DNA of 37,911 bases from Malacoraja senta (lineage: Eukaryota), in contig JAXLNO010000334.1 in NCBI GenBank assembly GCA_038087875.1, positions 1 to 37,911 on the forward strand. The letters are read 5' to 3'. Positions 1 through 11,930 of the stretch are shown piece after piece (positions within the stretch are counted from its first letter, which is position 1; the number at the start of each line of letters is the position of its first letter). A program made the position numbers and the translations under genes. The notes under the pieces are model-generated. The model made no database searches, had not been told where the DNA came from, and saw only the letters and a list, made by a program, of their open reading frames with translations.

Positions 1-102
1 CCCATTCCTTCTTTCCAGAGATGCTACCTGGCCCGCTGAGTTACTCCAGCATTTTGTGTCTATCTTTGATGTAAACCAGCATCTGCAGTTCCTTCCTACA
101 CA
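1..102 (+). mobile_element. Penelope-derived short repeat unit (3' part; hammerhead portion lies upstream of the window)
   Basis: Matches the recurring unit ...agagatgctgcctg-cccgctgagttactccagcattttgtg...ccagcatctgcagttccttc seen many times in the window and at Penelope 3' ends. Confidence 0.75.
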
Positions 103-249
103 TTCAGTCCTTTAGTTACAGTTCCATAGATTCTTTGTTTTGTTAGTTATGATATGTTCAGTTTTTATCTAAGGTTTGCAGATATTTTCATGCGTTGCTC
201 TGATGTCGTTTAAAACGCTGGGCATGAATAAAAAGTTTTTTTAACGCTA

Positions 250-610
250 TGATTAGACTTGGCAAATCATTGAGAATTCAGTGATCCTACACTTTGAAAT
301 CAATGCTGTCAATGTCTCGATGGCAAAGGCTTAATTTTTGCTGATTAGATTCTTCAAAAGCCTCCAGTCCTCCAGCACTATCCCTATATCCAAAAGGTAT
401 TGAAAGGTTCTGGCCAATGCCTTTATAATTTTGACAAATACTTAATATCTGCTGATAAGATTCATCAAAAGCCTTCTCAAAGTCCATGTATACCATGCAG
501 ACTGCATTAGCCTCAGCAATGTCCCGCAGTAATCTTGTTGATCAGTCCCTCAATCAGTGTTCCATGACTGGCCACAATTACTAGCTTTGTCCTTACAACC
601 ATTTTTGAGC
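250..610 (-). pseudogene. Degraded CR1 LINE RT fragment
   Basis: Minus ORF 287..496 starts VYMDFEKAFD, the CR1 RT motif (YLDFQKAFD in the 29538 copy); rest decayed. Confidence 0.6.
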
Positions 611-627
611 AAAGGAGTAATATCCTC

Positions 628-785
628 CGAAGATAAACACAAAATGCTGGAGTAACTCAGCGTGACAGGCAGCATCTCTGGAGAGAAGGAATGGGTGACG
701 TTTCGGGTCGAGACCCTTCTTCAGACTCTTTCTCCCAGAGATGCTGCCTGGCCCGCTGAGTTACTCCAGCTTTTTGTTTCTACCT
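628..785. mobile_element. Penelope-derived hammerhead unit (minus, 628-727) followed by an inverted partial copy
   Basis: Reverse complement of 695-726 reads GTCTGAAGAAGGGTCTCGACCCGAAACGTCAC; 728-785 is the same unit in plus orientation. Confidence 0.75.
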
Positions 786-820
786 ACAAGCATTCACGGG
801 TTTGAATGGGTGGTGGAGGA

Positions 821-2076
821 CATTGACGACTGCATCGGTGCTACCTCCTGCACCCACAACAACTCACTGACTTCACCCATTTCACCACCAACTTCTATCC
901 GGCACTCAAATACACCTGGACCATTTCCGACAATTAACTACTATTTCTTGACCTCACTATCTCCATCGCAGGTGATAGACTTCTGATCGACATCCACTAT
1001 AAACCCACTGACTCCCATAGCTATCTAGACTACACTTCTTCCCACCCTGCTTCCTGTAAGGACTCCATCCCCTACTCCCAATTCCTCCGTCTACGCCGCA
1101 TCTGCTCCCAGGATGAGGTGTTCCACACCAGGGCATCGGAGATGTCCTAATTCTTCAGGGAACGGGGTTCCCCTCCCCTACTATAGATGAGGCTCTCACC
1201 AGGGTCTCTTCCACACCCCGTAACACTGCTCTCTCTCCCCATCCCCCCACTCATAACAAGGGCAGAGTCCCCCTCGTCCTCACCTTTCACCCCACTAGCC
1301 GTCACATACAACAAATAGTCCTCCGTCATTTTCGCCACCTCCAACGTGACCCCACCACTCACCACATCTACCCATCTCCCCCCCCCCCGTCTGCTTTCTG
1401 CAAAGACCGCTCCCTCCGTAACTTCCTGGTCAATTCTTCACTTCCCTCCCGCACCACCCCCTCCCCGGGCACTTCCCCTAGCAACCGCAAGAGATGCTAC
1501 ACTTGTTGCTTTACCTCCCCCCTCGACTACAATCAAGGACCCAAGCAGTCGTTCCAGGTGCGGACAGAGGTTCACTTGCGTCTCCTCCAACCTCATCATT
1601 GCATCCGCTGCTCTAGATGTCAGCTGATCTACATCGGTGAGACCAAGCGTAGGCTTGAAGATCATTTTGCCGAACACCTCCGCTCGGTCCGCATTAACCA
1701 ACCTGATCTCCCGGTGGCTCAGCACTTCATCTCCCCCTCCCATTCCGAATCCGACCTTTCTGTCCTGGGCCTCCTCCATGGCCAGAGTGAGCACCACCGG
1801 AAATTGGAGGAGCAGCACCTCATATTCCGCTTGGGCAGTCTGCACCCTAGCGGCATAAACATTGACTTCTCCAATTTCCAGTAGCCCTTGCTGTCTCCTC
1901 CCCTTCTCAGCTCTCCCTCAGCCCACGGGCTCCTCCTCTTCCTTTCTCCTTTCTTCTCCCCCCCCCCCCCCACCCTGCATCAGTCTGAAGAAGGGTTTCT
2001 GCCTGAAACGTTGCCTATTTCCTTCGCTGCATAGATGCTGATGCACCCGCTGAGTTTCTCCAGCACTTTTGTCTAC
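821..2076 (+). mobile_element. 5'-truncated Penelope-like element (RT C-terminus, GIY-YIG endonuclease, 3' hammerhead), disrupted
   Basis: IDDCIG motif at start; CIRCSRCQLIYIGETKRRL...EH GIY-YIG in ORF 1558..1884; CTGAAGA..GAAAC at 1983-2014; 8-bp TSD GTGGAGGA at 813-820 and 2077-2084; stops and frameshifts relative to the 12197 copy. Confidence 0.9.
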
Positions 2077-2274
2077 GTGGAGGATTCATTTGTTTCAGGG
2101 TGTATTGCTCCGTAAATTGATGCATATTTTATCACTGTTAAAACTCCAGCTAATCTTCCAATCTCCTGTGCCCTATTTTTTGACAGGTTTATATTCACCC
2201 ATTTAAAATAAACAATTAACACCAACCTAAAATACTGCACCAACAAATATAGTGGGTGAACCTTCACATGTAAA

Positions 2275-2526
2275 CGCCGCCAGCTACGGGAGCCAACGGA
2301 AGGCTCGCGGTCCCTGGCCTGAGAACAAAAAGAGAAGAAATTGAACTTTTTTTTCGCCTTCCATCACGGTGAGGAATGTGGAGGAGTCACTGTGGTGGAT
2401 GTTCATGTTAAAATGTGTTTTGTGTGTTCTGTTGCTTTTTATTGGTATGACTGTAAGGCAAATGAAATTCCTTGTATGTTGCAAAATATACTTGGCTAAT
2501 AAAGTATGATTAAGATTATTATTATG
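2275..2526 (+). mobile_element. Probable LINE/SINE 3' end of unknown family
   Basis: AATAAA followed by short tandem (ATT/GATT)-type tail, typical of non-LTR 3' ends. Confidence 0.35.
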
Positions 2527-2940
2527 AATAAATTCGAGGATCAGAAAACTGTGGCAGAGTGCTATTGCTGATGTCTCTGTGCTCCACTTACAGCGAGTGT
2601 GACCAATCAAGTTTATTATTTATTGTTTATAATTTATAATCTGTGATTTAGAAATTGCTATCAACATTACTAAAGAAATTATGTTGGAGTTTTACACAAA
2701 ATACTGCAGTAACTAAGTGGGTCAGACAGCATCTCTAGAGAAAGAGAATAGATTGACACAAAATGCTGGAGTATACAGTATTTCTTTATACAAGAATACT
2801 CAGGAAAATGTTGGAACATTGTCAAAGATTTACGCCTTCTTCAAAACAAAATTGTTGGATATTTGGATAATAATGGATAATTATAATAATTATGATAAAT
2901 ATAATAAATGATAACTATGTATACGAGTTATGTATATGTT

Positions 2941-3655
2941 GAGTATTGGAGCAAAGAGGTCCTTCTGCAGTTGTATAGGGCCCTAGTGAGACCACACCTG
3001 GAGTATTGTGTGCAGGCTTGGTCTCCAATTTTGAGGAAGGACATTCTTGCTATTGAGGGAGTGTAGCGTATGTTCACCAGATTAATTCCTGGGTAGGCGG
3101 GACTGTCATATGTTGATAGAATGGAGCAGCTGGGCTTGTATACTGGAATTTAGAAGGATGAGAGGCGATCTTATTGAAACATATAAGATTATTAAGGGTT
3201 TGGACATGCTAGAGCAGGAAACATGTTCCCAATGTTGGGGGAGTCCAGAACCAGGAGCCACAGTTTAAGGATAAGGGGTAAGCTATTTAGAGCAAATGGA
3301 GATGAGGAAACACTTTTTCACACAGAGAGTTGTGAGTATGTGGAATTATCTGCCTCAGAGGGCTGTGGAGGCTGGTTTTCTGGATGCTTTCAAGAGCGAG
3401 CTAGACTGAGCTCTTAAAGATAGCGGCGTCAAGGGATATGGGAGAAGGCAGGAACGGGGTACTGATTGTGGATGATCAGCCATGATCACATTGAATGGCG
3501 GTGCTGGCTTGAGGGGCTGAATGGTCTACTCCTGCACCTATTGTCTATTGTCTATAATGCAGGTGGGACTGAGGTAGAAGATTTGCCATGATCTTATTGA
3601 ACAGTGGAGCATATTCGGAGGCCTGATCGGCTTACCCCTGCTTCTATTTCTTGTG
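2941..3655 (+). mobile_element. CR1 LINE 3' fragment(s)
   Basis: [24 protein letters not shown] sequence, CR1 3' UTR, (CTATTGT)n tail ending about 3553; a second degraded 3' UTR follows. Confidence 0.85.
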
Positions 3656-3667
3656 GTCAGATGTTGG

Positions 3668-3908
3668 AAGATAGACACAAACAGCTGGAGTAACTCAGCG
3701 GGTCAGGCAGCATCTCTGGAGAAAAGGAATAGGTGACGTTTCAGGTCAAGACCCTTCTTCAGACTGAGGAGCTTCAGACCTTTTCTCAGTCTGAAGAAGG
3801 GTCTCGAACCGGATCGCCACCTATTCGTTTTCTCCAGAGATGCTGTCGGACACATTGAGTTACCACAGCTTTTTGTGTCTATCTTTGGTGTAAACCAGCA
3901 TCTGCAGT
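3668..3908. mobile_element. Head-to-head inverted pair of Penelope-derived hammerhead units
   Basis: Minus unit about 3668-3765 and plus unit about 3787-3908 are reverse complements of each other. Confidence 0.75.
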
Positions 3909-4054
3909 CAGATGTAGGAACTAAAGTAGGTGATAACGCCAAGAACTGTATTTAAGGTAAAGGAGGCCATGCAGTCTGTTCTTGCTTCTATGTTTTTTAT
4001 GACCAAATGAACATTTTGTTTTGGAACATTAATCTTTTGTGTGGCAAATTTTTC

Positions 4055-4215
4055 GTTTAGTTTAGAGATACAGCATGGAAACAGGCCCGTCGGCCCACTG
4101 GGTCTCCGACGACCAGCGGTCGATCCCTGCATATTAACACCATCCAACACCCACTAGGGACAACATTTACATTTACCAAGCCAATTAACCTACAAACCTG
4201 TATGTCTTTGGAGTG
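4055..4215 (-). mobile_element. V-SINE (HE1-like) 3' portion
   Basis: (CTAAA)n tail, CR1-derived ggcctgtttcc..gctgtatctct end, and cactccaaagac..caggtttgtaggttaattggc core on the minus strand. Confidence 0.75.
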
Positions 4216-4219
4216 CCTT

Positions 4220-4381
4220 TTGAAATCCCAAATTAGGGGTGTTAGGGGTTATGGGGAGAAGGCAGGAGCATGGGGTTAGGAGGGAGAGATAGATCAGCCA
4301 TGATTGAATGGCGGAGTTGACTTGATGGGCCAAATGGCTTAATTCTGCTCCTATCACTTCAGACCTTATGACCTTATGATC
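4220..4381 (+). mobile_element. CR1 3' UTR fragment
   Basis: gatcagccatgattgaatggcgg... 3' UTR with CTTATGAC-type tail. Confidence 0.7.
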
Positions 4382-4621
4382 TACTTGCATTGGTTGCATT
4401 TTAACCTATATCCATATATCCATATGCTTCTATCCCACAAAACTTCAATACGTCAAGCACGATTTCCTTTACAAAGCCACATTGATTGTGCCTTATAAAG
4501 AGGCTTAACTTTCAGTTTGTAGTGGTTTATCTGTTCACCTGCAGGTGTAATTTAAGACTTGGCCCAGAAATCTAGATTCCACCTCTGGGAGTTTGTCTAG
4601 TGTACAACGCTGCCATTTTAC

Positions 4622-4716
4622 AGAAGATAGACATAAAACTGGATTAACTCAGCTGGCCAGACAGCAGTTCTGAAGAAAAGGAATAGGTGTTGTTTCAGGT
4701 CGAGACCCTTCTTCAG
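4622..4716 (-). mobile_element. Penelope-derived hammerhead unit (degraded)
   Basis: Matches the unit consensus in reverse. Confidence 0.65.
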
Positions 4717-5104
4717 CCATTTTACATTTGTGTTCTTTTATGTCATAGCAGAGATTCTATGTTTTGTTTTGAATAATATTGTCGTCTAAAAGGATATTAA
4801 ACTGGAAATATTTGTTGCTAAATTGCAGTTTTTATTTAACTTGCAAAGAATTTAGCTTTCTTGCAGTACCAGGCTAATCCTTGATGTTCACATTCCAGCC
4901 TGAGAAAAATGTAAGGACTGCACTTTTTGCAGATCGAGATATAGATTTCAGCCGGAGTCTGCATTCCAGAATCACAATGGTGCAACAGAAAAAAAATTAT
5001 TGCTGATTGAATGTGTATTTTAAACCTACCTTCATTATTAATGCATGTATTATCAATTAAGAAAAGCATGGTTTAAATTTAAAACCAGTATTTTAGTTTA
5101 GTTA

Positions 5105-5535
5105 GAAGGAATGGGTGACGTTTCGGGTCGAGACCCTTCTTCAGACTGAGGGTCAGGGGAGAGGGAGATGTGAAAATGAGACATCAAAGGGGATGCGGGT
5201 CAAGGAAAAATGTGGAATAGATCATTGTTGGCTAGGAGCAGGTAACAACGAAGCACACAGAGATAATATTTAATCAGGGGGACAGTCAGACTGGTTGGAG
5301 AACTAGGAAGGAACTGCAGATGCTGGTTTAAACCAGAGATGGACACAAAATGCTGGAGTAACTCAGCGGGGCAGGCAGCATCTCTGGAGAGAAGGAATGG
5401 GTGGAAGGGGGAGGGATGGAGAGAGGCTAGCTTCCCCATTCTTTCTCTCCAGAGATGCTGCCTGTCCCACTGAGTTACTCCGGCATTTTGGGTCTAACTT
5501 CGGTGTAAACCAGCATCTACAGTTCCTTCCTACAC
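5105..5535. mobile_element. Composite of Penelope 3' UTR/hammerhead units in both orientations
   Basis: Hammerhead-like core at 5115-5146 (minus); Penelope 3' UTR; further minus unit about 5305-5400 and plus unit about 5437-5535. Confidence 0.7.
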
Positions 5536-5982
5536 ACTTTTGTTCATTTTATTGTCACATGTACTGAGGTACAGTGAAAAGCTTTTGTTACGTGCTAACC
5601 AGGTTGTATAATCCAGTATCCAGTATAAATCAAGTCCCACGTTCCCACCTCAGTATGTTACTGGATCCACAGACTTTCCCAACACAGTGGATATGGCCAC
5701 ATGCCTTGTTCCCAAAGCACTAACCTGTCTGTCACTCCCCACACACCTTCACTGCTGTAATATTTTAGCAGCTCACTGCAACTGTATTAAGAGGCATAAG
5801 AGCAGATTGCACATTGCTCTTTATTTGATCTCTCATTCATTGTGCACTCTGATGAGCATGCCACCCAGTATGAAGATGAGGGAGCAGTAATGTTGGTGTC
5901 GAAATCACTGCTCCTTTGCACATCAATAAATGCAGCTTGGATTACAGTGTGGATGAGTTGAAGCACTGTTCATCTGCTGTTG

Positions 5983-6497
5983 TAGAGATACACAAATTGC
6001 TGGAGTAACTCAGCGGGACAGGCAGCATCTCTGGAGAGAAGCAATGGGTGACGTTTCGGATCGAGACCCATCTTCAGAGAGTCAGGGGAAAGGGAAACAC
6101 AGAGATAAGGAAGTGTAAAGTGTGAAAACGAGACATCAAAAGGGTCGGAGTTCGAGGAAAATGTAGACAAGATCATTGTTAGCCAGGAGAAGGTGACAAC
6201 GAAGCGTACAGAGATAAAATGTAATCGGGGGGACAGTCAGACTGGTCGGAGAACTAGGAATGGGGGGGTGTAGGAAGGAACTGCAGATGCTGGTTTAAAC
6301 CGGAGATAGACACAGAATGCTGGAGTAACTCAGCGGGACAGGCAGCATCTCTGGAGAGAAGGAATGGTGGAAGGGGGAGGGATGGAGAGAGAGGGAAAGC
6401 AAGGATTACTTGAAGTTATCCAAGTGAAATATGAGGTGCTGTTCCTCCAATTGCGCTGGACCATACTCTGACAATGGAGGAGGCCCAGGACAGAAAG
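5983..6497 (-). mobile_element. Penelope 3' fragment with two short units
   Basis: Minus strand encodes LSVLGLLHCQS..LEEQHLIF (GIY-YIG C-terminus), then 3' UTR and units. Confidence 0.75.
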
Positions 6498-6508
6498 AAC
6501 TTTCCCAC

Positions 6509-6648
6509 TCTTCTTCTTCTTTCGTGTGGCATGCACAGCCTAAACTTGTTGGACAACTTGTTCTATTTAATCTTCCGTTTATGCACGTCGAGTTGATTGC
6601 ATTAGTTGAAACAGGGCGGACCACGTGAAGTTTGCAATCTTCCACCCC
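6509..6648 (-). mobile_element. 140-bp non-autonomous non-LTR element with HDV-like ribozyme head and (GAA)n tail
   Basis: TSD TTTCCCAC at 6501-6508 and 6649-6656; minus strand ends ...cacacgAAAGAAGAAGAAGA; 5' 54 nt fit the HDV fold. Confidence 0.8.
6595..6648 (-). ncRNA. Minimal HDV-like (CPEB3-type) self-cleaving ribozyme motif
   Basis: GGGGUGG aa GAUUGCA AAC UUCACGU GGU CCGCCCU G UUUCAA C UAA UGCAAUC: 7-bp P1 with G1-U wobble, 7-bp P2, L3 UUCACGU, catalytic C in J4/2; one mismatch in P3. Confidence 0.8.
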
Positions 6649-7058
6649 TTTCCCACACTGCTTGATCTTAAAACCTATATGTACACACCGAGCTGAAGAT
6701 AATTAATCCTCATCTGGCATTACATGGCTGGAATTATTCCACTGGTAATGTAAAGGCTGCTTGGTCTGGGGTAATCTATCAATGCTGAGAATAGTGTAGC
6801 ATTGGAAGCTGCAGTGAATAATGATACTTGTGTCCACCTGTCTCTGGGGGCAGGTTGCGAGCATTGCAAGATGGCCAAGGACAGCTGCATTGGAGTGGTC
6901 ATATCCAAAAAGGCTGAGAAGATCTGGCATTGTTGATATGAACTCAGGTAGTTAATGTACTGTGTGAAGTGATATTTGCCGGGAGATAGCAATCGCATTA
7001 TATGATGGTTCTAGATTATACGGATGCAAATGGGAATGAATCATTAGACTCCATGATT

Positions 7059-7890
7059 GGGCGGTATGGTGGCGTATAAGTAAAGCTACTGCCTAAAGGG
7101 GCTGTCCCACTGCGGCGACCTAATCCACGAGTTCAGACGAATTTGCCCTCGACTCATACTCGCAGCATGGTCGACACGAGGTCCTAGGAGGTCTTTGTAA
7201 CTCTCCTTCATGCTCGAGAGTAGTCCCCGCGTACTCGAGGCCTCAGCTAGGTCGCGGCGTATTTTTCAACATGTTGAAAAATGCCCGCAAGTACAAAAAG
7301 ATCGGCGTGGAAAAAATCGATAGTTTTTTTACTCGTAGGTTTAGTCTAAGTAGTTCGTAGTGGGTCAGCATGTTATTTTATGTAATCGAGGGTAGTCGAA
7401 GGTAGTCAAAAGTAGTCGAAGATAGTCTTCATCATAGTGGAAGGGTGGTCGAAGGGAGGTCGAAGGAGATCGAAGGAGGTCGTCTTCACTCTCCACTATT
7501 CGGTGTCCAATTTTCCCGAAGCTAGTCAAAGCTGGTCTTCAACATAGTCGAAGGAGGTCGAAGGAGGTCTTCAACATGACATTTTTTTCAAACTCTCCTA
7601 AACTCTTCTAAATTCGCCAATTAGGTCGCCGCAGTGGGACAGCCTCTTTACAGCGCCACAGACCTGTGTTCGATCCCGACTATGGGTGCTTGTCTTACTA
7701 CAGAGTTTGTACCTTCTCCCTGTGACCTGCATGGGTTTTCTCTGAGATCCTCAGTTTCCTCCCACACTCCAAAGACGTGCAGGTTTGTAGGTTAATTGGC
7801 TTGGTATAAATGTAAACAAATTGTCCCTAGTGTGTTTGTGTGGGGTAATGTTACTGTGCGGGGATCACTGGTTTTTGTGGGCCCAAGGGG
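7059..7890 (+). mobile_element. V-SINE (HE1-like) interrupted by a MITE
   Basis: tRNA-like head with B-box GTTCGATCC, core tttcctcccacactccaaagacgtgcagg; split at ctgcc/ttacagcg by the 7097-7647 insertion. Confidence 0.8.
7097..7647. mobile_element. MITE, PIF/Harbinger-like
   Basis: About 27-bp TIRs AGGGGCTGTCCCACTGCGGCGACCTAA; flanks TAA and TTA; internal GTCGAAGG repeats; no coding capacity. Confidence 0.85.
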
Positions 7891-8058
7891 CTGGAAAAAA
7901 ATACCTAAAATTGTAGCCAACATGGAATAATACCACTGAGTGAAATCCTGCATCTAGCCATAAAGGAGCCACATTCAATTCTGAGTACGCAAGTAGGCGC
8001 TGACTCCTACATTGTGCTGGTTTAAGGTGCATCTGCCACCTGGGAGTGGGCCTCTTAA

Positions 8059-8230
8059 GGGCCTGTCCCACTTACGCAATTTTTTCGGCGACCCGTCTTA
8101 GTTGCAGCAGGTTGCCGAAATTTTTCAACATGTTGAAAATCCAGCGGCGACCAGAAAAAGGTACGACTCTTTGGGCGACTATGCACGACCATACAGGCGT
8201 CACCCCACGACACACGCTGGTGAGCCGTAG
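8059..8230. mobile_element. Partial MITE (single TIR)
   Basis: TAA then GGGCCTGTCCCACTT, similar to the 36770 element; no partner TIR found. Confidence 0.6.
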
Positions 8231-8399
8231 GATGTTACACTCCACCATGCACTACCGGTCCTGCATCAAACTGCAGCTACAATTGCACAATGGCTGTGTT
8301 TCGCCCACAGAAATGCTAATCACTTCACATGCTCCCCCATGCAATCCTCACATCCGCAAGTACATATGTCATCCATCAGTTGCATAACACAGCTTTCAG

Positions 8400-9008
8400 G
8401 AGTTGTGACCATCTGGTATGTCAGAGAGGATACTCTTGAGCTTCCACAGGTGTACAGCAGAGTACATATTGACTGGTTGCATCACGGCCTGGTTCGTCAA
8501 CTTGAATGCCCAGGATCGAAGAAGACTGCAAAAAGTTGTGAACACTGCCCAGTCCATCACTGGCTCTGACCTCCCCACCATCGAAGGGATTTATCAGAGT
8601 CACTGCCTCAAAAAGGCAGCCAGCATCATCAGAGACCCACACCATCCTGGCCACGCACTCATTTCACCACTGCCATCGGGAAGAAGGCACAGGAGCCTAA
8701 AAACTGTAACGTCCAAGTTCAGGAACAGCTTCTTCCCTGCAGTCATCTGGATGTTAAACACAACAACCTCAAATAAGCTCTGAACTACAATAGACTATTA
8801 TTTTTATTATTGCACTATGTTTTTTGATTTATATGTGTGTATGTATATATATACATAATGTGTGTGTGTGTGTATATATACACACTTAACTTTTTTTCTT
8901 GTTTATTATATTGTTTACAGTGTACAATGTTTACATATTCTGTTGTGCTGCAGCAAGTAAAAATGTCATTGTTCTATCTGGGACATAGGACAATAAAACA
9001 CTTGACTC
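8400..9008 (+). mobile_element. Rex1/Babar-type LINE 3' fragment
   Basis: ORF 8418..8783 ILTGCITAWF..LQKVVNTAQSITG..DPHHPGHAL..LPSGRR..FRNSFFP is the Rex1-type RT C-terminus; TG/TA microsatellite, AATAAA and TTGAC tail follow. Confidence 0.8.
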
Positions 9009-9219
9009 CACAGCTCCCTCCTCTCACACTACGCATGTGTTGACTATTACTGATGTATAGGGAGGAACAGCAGATGCTGGTTAAGCCTAGTCCTTGTACA
9101 AGTGTTATTGTTGGCCTGTTTAGTCCCTCAGCTTGTTTACTTGTTGTCATCTATCCCACACCCAACAATGGCCAATGTGTGCCCCACCTTTCCTTCATTA
9201 TCAATGCTTTTAGCATGGT

Positions 9220-9380
9220 AGTCATAGTCATAGTCATAGAGTGATACAGTGTGGAAACAAGCCCTTCAGCCGAACTTGCCCCATCAGCCAACATGTCCCA
9301 GTTACACCAGTCCCACCTGCCTGCGTTTGGTCCATATCCCTCCAAACTTATCCTATCCATGTAGCTGTCTAACTGTTTCT
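9220..9380 (-). mobile_element. CR1 3' end
   Basis: (GTCATA)n tail on plus strand; KKQLDSYMDR..LEGYGPNAGRWD on minus strand. Confidence 0.75.
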
Positions 9381-9433
9381 TCATTTCTCCTTTCATTCAT
9401 TTCTCCTAAGTATCTTTTGTTCCCCTTTTACCT

Positions 9434-9530
9434 GAGTCTGAAGAAGGGTCACAACCCAAAATGTCACCCATTCCTCTTCTCCATCGATGCTGCCTGGCTC
9501 ACCGAGTTACTCCAGCCATTTGCGTCTGTC
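9434..9530 (+). mobile_element. Penelope-derived hammerhead unit (degraded)
   Basis: gtctgaagaagggtcacaacccaaaatgtcacc followed by unit body. Confidence 0.65.
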
Positions 9531-10619
9531 TTCTGACTATTACTGTACCTAACTGTCCAAGCACGGCACACTATTCATGGATAGGTCACTGCTCAGCTGT
9601 GTCAATGTCACGGAAAAATGCAAGGTTAGTAAGAGTGCGTTCAGGAGTCCTCTGGACACCATGCATCCTCAGAGTATGCGGCCATGCATAACACTCATTA
9701 GTTGTACTCCCATGCCTCATAACTTGGCTGATGACACACGTGCCTCCTCGTCTCCCTGTGTCACTCTGCCCTCCATTAGCAGTCTGGACACCAGCTGGCA
9801 GAAAGACTGCGGTCTTAACCTCCATTAGTACAAGAAGATCTGCCACCCTACATTGTGGATAGTCAGTGTGCCTCACCAGGCATATACTGTTGAATCCTTG
9901 AAGATGCCAGGGACATGGAGAAGGAAAAAAATTAAAACGTATAAATTCTGGCAGCATGAGGAATGTCATTCAGTTTATTCCTGCACTCTACGCTGTTTCT
10001 GAGCATGTTGGAATAGACAATCACCATTTGGGTGAGATCTTTCCAATTAGCGTGCTGATTTTTCCAAGAGGTTTGATCGTGGAATTCCCAAAGATTCACA
10101 CTCTTCACAAATGTACCTCATTGAGGAGACTATCTCTGGGAATCTATGGCTCGCCTAACTTCCTCACACTGACTTACCTTCTCTCTGGAGAAAATGAGTG
10201 GTAAAATACACAAAACACAGAGACAGGGCAGTTTCCATGCTGTGTCCACCTTCAGTGTCATTAAATTCTTCTACATTATTGCTTCTCATACTACTTTTCA
10301 TTAATTCCACCTGCTCAATAGATTCTAAGGTCCCCAGCAATGATGAAATATTACTTGTGGCCTCTGGTCAATGAAAGCAAGTTCTGTAGACAGAATAGGC
10401 AGATGTAAGGAGGGCGTGGGGAAAGACTGTTGCATTGACTTGTATTTATTTCATCGCGAGAGGTTTGACAGGCAATGTGGATGAACTCAGGGCCTGATAA
10501 AAGAGGAGAGGGTGTGGCTTTACTGATTCAGGAGAACATCATGGCAATTGTTCGAGATGTCGTTACTGATAGTTCATCCAGTGAGGTTATATGGGTGAAG
10601 CTGAGAAATGAAAAAGGGG

Positions 10620-10852
10620 ATGTGTACGAAGGAACTGCAGATGCTGGTTTACACAGAAGATAGACACAAAATGCTGGAGTAACTCATTTCGGGTCAGGCA
10701 GCATCTCTGGAGAGAAGTAATGGGTGACGTTTTGGTTCAAGACAATTCTTCAGACGAAGGAAAGGGTGACGTTTCGGGTTGAGACCCTTCTTTGTCTGAA
10801 GAAGGATCTTGACTCAAAACGTCACCCATTCCTTCTCTCCAGATATGCTGTC
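10620..10852. mobile_element. Inverted cluster of Penelope-derived hammerhead units
   Basis: Minus unit 10620-10755, partial minus core, then plus core from about 10794. Confidence 0.7.
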
Positions 10853-11409
10853 AGACCCCCCTTAATAAAAAAAGTATGACCACCTTGTTGGGAATGTACT
10901 ATAGGCCCCCAAATAGACAACGGCAATTAACAGAACAAATTTGCCGGGAGATTGCAGGCAGGTGTAAGAGTAATAGGGTTGTGATTGTAGGCGATTTTAA
11001 CTTTCCCAATATAGACTGGAACTGCCATAGTGTCAAGGGCTTAGATGGGGTGGAATTAGTCAAATATGTTCAGGAAAGTTTCCTAGCCCAGAAGGAAGAG
11101 GTTCAAGGCTTGACCTACTCTCAGGAAATTGAGAAAGTCAAGTGATTGAAGTGTCAGTAGGCAAGCCATTTGGGATCAGTGACTACAATTCTATTAGCCT
11201 TAAAATACTTATGGATACGGACAGGTCTGGTCCACAAGTTACAATCTTGAATTAGGGCAAGGCCAACTTGGATGGCATAAGACAGGAACTTGCAAGAGTT
11301 GATTGGAGTAGGTTGTTTGCTGAAAAAGGGATGGCCGGGATGATTTTAAAAGTGTGACAGCGAAAGTTCAAAGCATGCGTGTTCCTGTTAACGTGAAAGA
11401 CGAGGTAGG

Positions 11410-11930
11410 TGGCAGTAGGTGGGAGGTTCGCTGAACACCTCTGCAGAGTCCACCTAAACCTACCTGATCTCCCAGTTGCTAAACACTTTAACTCCCCCTC
11501 CCATTCCCACACTGACCTTTCTGGCCTGGGCAGCCTCCACTGTCAGAGTGAGGCCCAGGGCAAATTGGAGGAGCAGCACCTCATATTTTGCTTGGGCATC
11601 TTACAACCCAGCAGTATAAACATTGACTTCTCTAACTTCAAGTAACCCTTGGTTTTCCTCTCTCTCCATCCCTCCCCCATCCTAGTTCTCCGACCAGTCT
11701 GACTGTCCTCCTGGTTAAAATTGTATCTCTGTGTGCTTGGTTGTCACCTTTCCCCCCCGCTAACAATGATCTATTCTACATTTTTCTTGATTCTTATCCT
11801 TTTTGATGCCTCGTTTTCACACCTAACCCTTCCATGTCTGAAGAAAGGTCTCGACCCGAAATGTCACCCATTCTTTCTATTCAGAGATGCTGCCAGTCCT
11901 GCTGAGTTACTACAGCATTTTGTGTCTATC
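11410..11930 (+). mobile_element. Penelope 3' fragment (GIY-YIG C-terminus, UTR, hammerhead unit)
   Basis: RFAEHL..PVAKHFNSPSHS..KLEEQHLIF..INIDFSNFK; core gtctgaagaaaggtctcgacccgaaatgtc near 11836. Confidence 0.85.

Noticed and set aside
7385..7570. CRISPR-like array of GTCGAAGG repeats
   Set aside because: Short irregular repeats with no unique spacers, inside a MITE in vertebrate DNA.
8418..8783. ORF that may hit a host-protein N-terminal domain profile (DUF1891-like)
   Set aside because: It is the Rex1-type RT C-terminus, repeated at about 18890-19067 and 24357-24820.
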